Source: Candidatus Poseidoniaceae archaeon (lineage in GTDB: Archaea; Thermoplasmatota; Poseidoniia; Poseidoniales; Poseidoniaceae). From it: a stretch of 64,000 nucleotides of DNA. The notes beneath the pieces are model-generated. The model was given only the letters and a program-made list of their open reading frames with translations. It was not told the DNA's origin and searched no databases. The stretch spans positions 128,001 through 192,000 of the forward strand of contig CBFIJH010000002.1 in assembly GCA_965662895.1 (NCBI GenBank), read 5' to 3'. This document shows positions 56,519 through 64,000 of this stretch, piece after piece (the first letter of the stretch is position 1; each line of letters opens with the position of its first letter). The position numbers were made by a program, and so were the translations under genes.

Positions 56519-59500
56519 ATGCTAGAAAATCGAAACAAAATCACTCGACGACCAAATGCCTTCAAATCACTTCTGCTTGTATTTCTCATGGTGATGAGTA
56601 CAACGCTAGCGATGATGATTCCTTCAGAGTGGGAACAAGAAGAAACGGTAATTGATGTCGAATACCGATCGATGCAGAGCACTCCAGCACTCCAATCCAT
56701 GGACCAAGCAGGTCAGGGTGAATACGAAGGTGCAACAGAGTTCCACTCAGAAGACATCCACCCTGCATTGCGCGACATCATGTGGGCTGACCCTGGCGTT
56801 TCATCGGGAATTATCACCGATTTAGCGGCTGTTGAAGCAATTATGTCTTCAAACAACTTCCTTGTCGAAGAGTCCAACCGGAACGACCACGATAACGACG
56901 GAATCAGTGATTTGTACGACCTTGATGATGACAATGATGGAATTTACGACCTCATTGAGCGATTTGACGGATGTTATGGAACAGATCCTTTCGACCACGA
57001 TAACGATGGGATTCTTGATATCGACGATTATGATGATGACAACGATGGGATTCTCGAAGGGCCAATCGACTATGCAGCCCTTGAAGCGCAAGGATATGAC
57101 CCACTGAACGTCTCTACCGACCGTTTCGTTGTTTCAACAACCGTCCATCCATGGGCGAATGTACAAGTCGGCGACTTCTATCTTGCTGACCAGAACCCCT
57201 TCGACCACGACAATGACGGTGTAACCGACGAAGACAGCGATGGCTCGGGCGCAGGCCGCTTCGATGAAGATGACGATAACGATGGCCGTATCGATCAATT
57301 TACTTGGCCGTGTGATTTTGACTCCGATGGTCTCATGGATTATTTCGATCCGGATGACGATAACGATAACGTAGCTGATGTTGACGATTCCCACCCATAC
57401 GACGCCAGCATTACGACAAGCAATGCCGCAGCTGGAAACCTCTTCAATGCACCAGTTCCGTGGGATTTTGTCAACTATCGTGACTACTCCGGAGGCGTCA
57501 ATTACGTGACATGGGAAGCTGCACGTGTCAATGCTGATGGCCAAGGAGCAGGTTCTGAGGGCGCACAGGGCACTCCTGCGTTTACCAACATCGTTGATGG
57601 TGACTTGGATGGAGATGGTATTCCAAACTTCCTTGACCCGGATAACGACGATGATGGGACTCCTGACTCTGCAGATACCGATGATGATGACGATGGAATC
57701 CTCGATATGTTTGATCCAGATGACGATAATGACGGAATACCGGATACGTGCGTCAATGTTGACAACAATGGTGATGGGCTCGGGGATTATACTCGTGAAG
57801 ACGATTCACCGTATCAAACTCCAGGAGGCGACACCGATAGCAAATCTGGTCTTGATTGCGAAATTGACTATGACCAAGACCTCGATGATGACCGACTCCG
57901 GCCATTCGACCAAAACTACAACGGAGTCTATGACTGGCTCGACCCAGAACTCGGAGGAACGACAAGCCCAGATAATCTAGGCAATGTTTTGGTGAGTGGC
58001 GATGCAACAAATTTCGAGTACGACCTTGATGACGATAACATCGACAACGAAAACGACAGCTTCCCCCTTGACAAGGCTTCGGATGTGATTGCATGGAATT
58101 GCCCTACTTCTTCGAACCCTAATCCACTCAACCCCGACCCAAGATGTCAAACCCGCCGTGCTTCGCACGCACAGTTCAATGACTGGGACGGAGACGGTGT
58201 CCTAAATTGGGAAGATATCGATGATGACAATGACGGAATCATTGACATTCTTGACATTGACTGGGATTGTGACCTTGACAATGATGGCGACCTCCATTCC
58301 CTCAACGGTGCGCTGTATCGCGACGATGGTCCGAATGCAGTTGACTCCGACATCGATGGCGACGGTCTCGAAAACGACATCGACTGGGATGATGACAACG
58401 ATGGTCTCTCTGACCTTTTCGATCCTGATGATGGAAACTGTGGGCTGGTCGACCCCGATCTCAATGATGCCTTCCAAACACCTTTCTATCCTGTCGGCGA
58501 CCTCGGCTCGCTCGACGGAAGCGCTGACAATCAAGATTACACCACAAACATTGATTCGTACTGGGCAATGGTATTCTGGCACAATCCGTTTTCAGACATG
58601 ATGATTGATTACAATGGATACGACAGTACAACCAACCCACCAACGCCTGGAAACGTTCCAGAATTCTACTGGTTCCTATTCGCTCGCTGGTCCTCATACA
58701 ATGGAGGAAACGAATGGGATATCGACAGTGATGGAGACTCTCTCATCAACGGTCTTGACATCGATCAGGATGCCGACGGTCTTCCAGATTGGTGGGACCA
58801 AGATGAAGGAAACGATGGAATTATGGATGTCAATGACGTTAAGCTAGGTGGAACCTTCAATATGAGTATCTGCGGACATACCGTTGGTAATCTCGGCCAA
58901 GGATTCGTCTGCGGTTACTCCTATGCTATTGCTTATCAAATGCCTCTCAACGGTGTGACGGCTCAATTCGGCCTACCCTATTCGACACGCCCAGATGCTG
59001 CTGTTGATCAAGGCGCCACAGCTGGCGGGGTATCAGGCAACTGGTCGTGTACTCCTGGAGCACAGGGTGGCTGCTGGCACTACGACTTCGGAGGCGACGG
59101 CGTAATTGATTCAGCGATTTCCTTTACACAGATGCAAAACAACCGAGATGCGTTCGTAACGTGGATTGGGTTAACGACTGGCATTTGGCAGTGGAACTCA
59201 GACAACGGTCCCGATGCTGACTTCCCAGACGAATTGGGTGCTGATTTGGACAAGAACGATGCCGACGGCGACGTCGATGGGGATTTCTTCAACAACACAA
59301 TCGACCTCGACGACGATTACGATTCCATCTTTGATTGGTTTGATGTCGATGACGATAACGATGGTCTATGGGATTATTTCGAAATCGATTCCAACGATGA
59401 TCTTGATGATGATACAGGTCAGAACAATGGCAATTTCTTCTCAGGAACGAACTGTGTCGATAACGATGATGACGGAAACGATGCAGATGCTGATGGTGAC

Positions 59501-62500
59501 GGGTTTTACCAAGCAGTTTGGGACCGAGGCCAAATGACATTAGGTCTACAACAACCGAAGGTTTACGATGTTGACAACGATAACGACGGCGTACCCGATG
59601 GAGAAGACCCAGATGACGACAACAACGGCATTCTTGATGGGGATCAAGAACTGCTTGCCGGCTGTTTCTGGGGTGAAGAACAATCCACATGGGATCACGA
59701 TAACGATGGTATTGTCAATTGGGCGGATGATGATTGGGATGGCGATGGTCTTTCGAACACGGAGGAACTTGCTGTCTCCCTAACACGAGCTTTTGACCAT
59801 GACAACGACGGTGACCGTGATGATATCGATGTTGATGACGATCAAGATGGTATGCATGACGAAGATGAAATTATGCTTTGGCCGGAGCGATTCAACCGCA
59901 ATTCAACCAATCCATGGGACCATGATGACTTTGGTGGAGGAGAAGCACTTGCTAACCCGAACGATTTGACCACTGGTCCAGACGTCAACGATACCGATGA
60001 CGACAATGATTCGCGCAACGACCTTGACCACGACCATCTCGAAGAGGGCTTTGCACCTGACCCCCCATGCCAGGCTGCCACCTCATCCGATTGGGACCAT
60101 GACAATGACTGTGTCCTTGATGAGGATGATAAGGCGCTGACGTTCATCACATTGGATCTTCCAGGTAACTTGTGGCTTGATGCACGAAGTCCAGCGATTT
60201 TCAGCGGACAAGTTGAGTGGATTAACCCAATCTCCGGAGTCCGAGAAAACGCAAGTGGCCTACCGGTGCAAATTCACATCGAATGGGCGGACAACGGCAC
60301 AACTGCTATTGAAACGACCAATATTCTGTCCGATCAAAACGGACAATTCTCTGTCGGACAATTCCTTTATCCTGAAGACATTGTTGTAGGTGACAACACC
60401 ACATACAAGGTATACGCAGTTGTGACTGAGATGTTCGCGTTTAACGGAGCAACATCCTCCGATTATCTTGTTGGGGTTGAAGCGAATATGACGATCGACC
60501 CGAGCAGTAACAACTGGGAATACTTCCGTAGTGATGAACAACAACTCTGGTTGGAATTTTATTCGTACTACGCTGCCGATTATGAGCGAGGAATTTACTC
60601 CAATCCGATTCCATATGCTCCGGTAACCTTCTCCTTCTACGGTGGATTGTTTGGCAACCTTACCCATCCAACAAATTTCACCAACTTTGATGGTAATGGA
60701 TACCGTGCGAACTCATTTGGTCTCACATCTGTTTCCTTCGAGCAAATTGGAGGCGCTAGCGGCGTATGGAAACAGGTTCAATTCAATTCAACCATGGATA
60801 ACGGGCCGGGTAAAGCTCCCGGCGGTCTTGAAGAGATTATTTGGAACAACAACACAAAGATGCACGATATTGTTCAAACCAATGGCCTTTCAGATCAGTA
60901 TGTCCGCGTAAACACGAGTTTACCGAAAGGCGATTACAATTACATCGGACGAGTTCAGCCGGAACTTGCAACCGAATACCCGTTCCCATTCTTGCATGGT
61001 GACGAAGATGACAATGCCCGTTCGATGCGTGTCATGCACCGCATGAACATCGATGGTACAATGACTTTCGAAGGCGTTCATCCAATCACTTTCTTTGATG
61101 CAACCATCAACAACGGAGATGGAACCTTTGGAAACTGGCGCTATCTTTACCACGGGCCAGCGTTAACAGAAGCGGGCTTGGACTACAACGAGATTTCCGC
61201 CTACAAAGCCTACAGCATGTTATGGGATGGAACAATGAACATGACAACAAACAAGCCAATGTTCACCGGTGAAGCCGAGGATATTGTCGATTTCGTTGAC
61301 GTCAATTCAACGCACTGGTTCATCAAGCTGGTCAATGGCGGAGATGGTGACCTACCGCCTTGTGGCCAAGTCGACCCAACAGACCCTGAAAGTCCGGTAC
61401 GGTGTGAAATCGTGCCTGAAATGGATACTGGTTCTTCGATTGAATTGACTGGTTCAGTAACGAATCGATCTTTGGTACCATGGACCGTCGAACCAGTCGC
61501 CGTGCAACTTGACAAAGACAAGAACGGAATTTTCAGCAGTGGCGGAGAAACGCAATTCACCCAGAAACCAAACTGTATGGATGCCCAAAACAACAGAATC
61601 CCAATGCAGAGCATTGACGACGAAACCGAGTGCACAACGAAGGGAGGCATCGTTGCAGAATACGACTATGATTTCACCTGGGAGAGTCAGTATTCTTCCG
61701 GAACGTATGGAATGCGCGTCGACTTCACGAACTCCGGTTATTATTTCACTGGCAATTCGACGGCACTCGCAACAACTGGTGCGTACATCAACGTTACAGT
61801 GGTTGGAACAACATCGTTTGAATTGACTTCCATTGCACGACTTTACCGAAACACAAACACATCGATTCAGGCACGACTTGTTGACAATTCATTGCAGCCG
61901 GTTCGAGAAGCACCTGTGAACTATACCTGGTCCTTCGATGGCCGAACGGAAACAAGCTACACGGACACAAACGGCTTCTTTGAAATGCCTTTCAACATTA
62001 CAGCAGAAGATGACTTGGGTCTGTTCTCATTGTCGTTTGAATATGAGGGGACGCCACTGCTCAAACCAAGCAGTGCAATCCAAGATGTGTGGGTCGTATC
62101 TCGAACTTACCTTTCGGTTGTATCGACCGATGGGAATCGACGTCAATCGGGTGACTTGTGGGATTTCACCGCTCAAGTCAAGGATGATAACAAGACCTTG
62201 GAATACGATACGGGCGGCCGAGACCTTGACGGAGAAACCGCTCCGAATGGCGGTTTGGTCGATGTTATCTTTGAGGGAACCGACTTCGATAACGTTCAGC
62301 ACCGACAAGTTGTCGCAACACTTGCGCCTTCTGCCGGTGTCATTTCACTACCAGAAACTCAACCAGATAGTTCTCACCTCTGTTATTACGACGGTAACGA
62401 CGACGGGTTCGCCGATCGTGATTTGAACCAAGATGGTGAACTTGACCGACTTGAAGCAGTTGGCTGTCTCAAGGCAGATATTAGCCCACTATCACCGACA

Positions 62501-64000
62501 AACCTGCGAGCCGACCCGGACTCTTTCCTACCTGACGGCTTCGGACCGGTCAATGTTATTCTGCGATTTGAGGAATCTCTTCCGAACGAAGGATGTGCGC
62601 CGCTTGATGCCAGCTACCTTGGCCTCCAAGGCCAGTGGGATCCATGCGCCAATGTTCCTGGTAACAACCACTATCGGACCGTAATGACCTACAATGCGAA
62701 CGGCTTCTCATTGATTGGACGAACATCTCTGTCGGTTGACGATCAAATCGTCTACACAAGCGAAGTCGATTCTGTTACAGGATTGGTTGTTCCCAAACCA
62801 ATGGTCGTCACTGGTCAACTCACTGACGAACTCGGAGAAGTCCTCGCAGGAAGAACCATCCGTGTAAGTTATGAAATGGTAAACGGGCAAAGCGGACCAG
62901 TCAACTGTAACGCTGCAGTAACGGATGCCGATGGAAACTATTCCATCACGTGTCCGCTTTCTGACGCATTGGCAGGGAAAACGAAAGTAACTGTTTCCTA
63001 CTCGTCTTATGACAACAATGATGCATTCCGCTACGACAACAAGACCGTTCAAACAGAGTTTGATGTGTTTTCAAATTCGACCCTAGCCATTACCGAGGTT
63101 GGGCCGTTCAAGTCCAGTGTAGATACCTACGCAGTTGATGGAATTCCTTATCCTGTACTCTACCTGAAGGAATCTTTCCATATTGACGCATTACTGACGC
63201 AGAGCAATGGCCAGGCTGTCGGTGGAAAGTGTCTCAACATTTACCTCGACCCGGAAGAGAATGTACGCCCGATTGCGACCATCCGAACAAACGACCTTGA
63301 CGGAACGGTTGAATGGTTCAGTGGCGATCCATTGCAAAATCCAACGCTACGTGGTGTTGAATTAACAGGTGGCAAGAAGGAAGGTTTCCGAACGCTGAAG
63401 GTTGCATTTGAGCCAGATTTCAATGTTCCAGGCGGATGCGATAAAGACGTTGAAAACGTCCTGAATGGATCGGAAGTCGAGATGCAAGTCCTTGTCCGCT
63501 CTCGCGTTGATTTGCAAGTTGAAACCAACTGGTACTATGGCGCAGAAGCGGGCGTACCTGAAGGCACACTCATTGTCGGAGAAGTTGCACTCTTGCGCGA
63601 CCGACTCGACATCGCCATCGAAAATGAAGAAATCCAATTCATCCGACAATATCGCAATGAATCTGGTGCTTGGGTGACCATGAGTGCAGCTACAAACAAG
63701 ACCATTACCAACGAACAAGGAATCGCGCGATTCGAATGGTCATTCGATGGGCGCTCTTGCGATGGGGTTGAGTGCAGCGGTGAATGGCAGGTCATTGCAG
63801 TGTATGCTGGAAGTCAAAACTTCCAAGCATCGCCGAACAACATTTCGTTCGCTGTGGATTACAAGGCTGCGACTGTTGCCGAGGAGAAAGGCTTCTTTAG
63901 CCCGGAGAATGCGATGGCGTTCAGTATCGTTCTCATGGCCTTGCTGGTTGCGAGCGCATTGTATTACCGACGCGTGATGAGTCGACGGCAAGTTCAGTCA
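56519..64000 (+). CDS. giant cell-surface protein (at least 2494 aa, runs off the window): TSP3-like Ca-binding repeats, beta-rich domains and a TM anchor
   Basis: ATG 56519 MLENRNK...LLLVFLMVMSTTLA; absent from the ORF track because no stop is reached and no in-frame sub-ORF is listed; DHDNDG/DxDxDG repeats to about 60130; ends ...AMAFSIVLMALLVASALYYRRVMSRRQVQS. Confidence 0.88.
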   Translation, partial: MLENRNKITRRPNAFKSLLLVFLMVMSTTLAMMIPSEWEQEETVIDVEYRSMQSTPALQSMDQAGQGEYEGATEFHSEDIHPALRDIMWADPGVSSGIITDLAAVEAIMSSNNFLVEESNRNDHDNDGISDLYDLDDDNDGIYDLIERFDGCYGTDPFDHDNDGILDIDDYDDDNDGILEGPIDYAALEAQGYDPLNVSTDRFVVSTTVHPWANVQVGDFYLADQNPFDHDNDGVTDEDSDGSGAGRFDEDDDNDGRIDQFTWPCDFDSDGLMDYFDPDDDNDNVADVDDSHPYDASITTSNAAAGNLFNAPVPWDFVNYRDYSGGVNYVTWEAARVNADGQGAGSEGAQGTPAFTNIVDGDLDGDGIPNFLDPDNDDDGTPDSADTDDDDDGILDMFDPDDDNDGIPDTCVNVDNNGDGLGDYTREDDSPYQTPGGDTDSKSGLDCEIDYDQDLDDDRLRPFDQNYNGVYDWLDPELGGTTSPDNLGNVLVSGDATNFEYDLDDDNIDNENDSFPLDKASDVIAWNCPTSSNPNPLNPDPRCQTRRASHAQFNDWDGDGVLNWEDIDDDNDGIIDILDIDWDCDLDNDGDLHSLNGALYRDDGPNAVDSDIDGDGLENDIDWDDDNDGLSDLFDPDDGNCGLVDPDLNDAFQTPFYPVGDLGSLDGSADNQDYTTNIDSYWAMVFWHNPFSDMMIDYNGYDSTTNPPTPGNVPEFYWFLFARWSSYNGGNEWDIDSDGDSLINGLDIDQDADGLPDWWDQDEGNDGIMDVNDVKLGGTFNMSICGHTVGNLGQGFVCGYSYAIAYQMPLNGVTAQFGLPYSTRPDAAVDQGATAGGVSGNWSCTPGAQGGCWHYDFGGDGVIDSAISFTQMQNNRDAFVTWIGLTTGIWQWNSDNGPDADFPDELGADLDKNDADGDVDGDFFNNTIDLDDDYDSIFDWFDVDDDNDGLWDYFEIDSNDDLDDDTGQNNGNFFSGTNCVDNDDDGNDADADGDGFYQAVWDRGQMTLGLQQPKVYDVDNDNDGVPDGEDPDDDNNGILDGDQELLAGCFWGEEQSTWDHDNDGIVNWADDDWDGDGLSNTEELAVSLTRAFDHDNDGDRDDIDVDDDQDGMHDEDEIMLWPERFNRNSTNPWDHDDFGGGEALANPNDLTTGPDVNDTDDDNDSRNDLDHDHLEEGFAPDPPCQAATSSDWDHDNDCVLDEDDKALTFITLDLPGNLWLDARSPAIFSGQVEWINPISGVRENASGLPVQIHIEWADNGTTAIETTNILSDQNGQFSVGQFLYPEDIVVGDNTTYKVYAVVTEMFAFNGATSSDYLVGVEANMTIDPSSNNWEYFRSDEQQLWLEFYSYYAADYERGIYSNPIPYAPVTFSFYGGLFGNLTHPTNFTNFDGNGYRANSFGLTSVSFEQIGGASGVWKQVQFNSTMDNGPGKAPGGLEEIIWNNNTKMHDIVQTNGLSDQYVRVNTSLPKGDYNYIGRVQPELATEYPFPFLHGDEDDNARSMRVMHRMNIDGTMTFEGVHPITFFDATINNGDGTFGNWRYLYHGPALTEAGLDYNEISAYKAYSMLWDGTMNMTTNKPMFTGEAEDIVDFVDVNSTHWFIKLVNGGDGDLPPCGQVDPTDPESPVRCEIVPEMDTGSSIELTGSVTNRSLVPWTVEPVAVQLDKDKNGIFSSGGETQFTQKPNCMDAQNNRIPMQSIDDETECTTKGGIVAEYDYDFTWESQYSSGTYGMRVDFTNSGYYFTGNSTALATTGAYINVTVVGTTSFELTSIARLYRNTNTSIQARLVDNSLQPVREAPVNYTWSFDGRTETSYTDTNGFFEMPFNITAEDDLGLFSLSFEYEGTPLLKPSSAIQDVWVVSRTYLSVVSTDGNRRQSGDLWDFTAQVKDDNKTLEYDTGGRDLDGETAPNGGLVDVIFEGTDFDNVQHRQVVATLAPSAGVISLPETQPDSSHLCYYDGNDDGFADRDLNQDGELDRLEAVGCLKADISPLSPTNLRADPDSFLPDGFGPVNVILRFEESLPNEGCAPLDASYLGLQGQWDPCANVPGNNHYRTVMTYNANGFSLIGRTSLSVDDQIVYTSEVDSVTGLVVPKPMVVTGQLTDELGEVLAGRTIRVSYEMVNGQSGPVNCNAAVTDADGNYSITCPLSDALAGKTKVTVSYSSYDNNDAFRYDNKTVQTEFDVFSNSTLAITEVGPFKSSVDTYAVDGIPYPVLYLKESFHIDALLTQSNGQAVGGKCLNIYLDPEENVRPIATIRTNDLDGTVEWFSGDPLQNPTLRGVELTGGKKEGFRTLKVAFEPDFNVPGGCDKDVENVLNGSEVEMQVLVRSRVDLQVETNWYYGAEAGVPEGTLIVGEVALLRDRLDIAIENEEIQFIRQYRNESGAWVTMSAATNKTITNEQGIARFEWSFDGRSCDGVECSGEWQVIAVYAGSQNFQASPNNISFAVDYKAATVAEEKGFFSPENAMAFSIVLMALLVASALYYRRVMSRRQVQS

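Noticed and set aside
56832-63991. Many short ORFs listed in the last 7 kb
   Set aside because: All are out-of-frame or antisense shadows of the giant ORF starting at 56519.

Overview
This is an archaeal chromosome segment, most consistent with Marine Group II / Ca. Poseidoniales. That call is an inference from archaeal-type DnaG, a thermosome paralog, a PINA-like ATPase, bacterial-type PurN/PurH, lipoprotein M28 peptidases and a PGF-type C-terminal anchor. It holds about 52 densely packed CDS, tRNA-Leu(GAG) and tRNA-Cys(GCA). I found no rRNA, CRISPR array, integrase or transposase. The best candidate for an undescribed system is a 3.6-kb block beside tRNA-Leu (39.5-43.2 kb). There a PlcP-like phosphoesterase plus glycosyltransferase operon converges on a tandem pair of thymidylate-kinase-like genes, one with a degenerate P-loop. 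Both operons carry the same bipartite upstream motif (TCTCAATAGA-N10-TTCsGAAGnnTCT), which suggests a co-regulated phosphate-stress module. Other highlights: a pore-only remnant of a BacNav sodium channel; a HmuY-like insert in a pilin-like surface protein, between a fasciclin/blue-copper protein and a PQQ-type dehydrogenase; a membrane-anchored HerA-like ATPase; a secreted Asp-rich protein with a (QG)18 tract; a giant (at least 2494 aa) Ca-binding surface protein missing from the ORF track; two structured 5' leaders; and five convergent gene junctions that abut on the same TAATCA hexamer. All family calls come from motif recognition by eye, and no searches were run.
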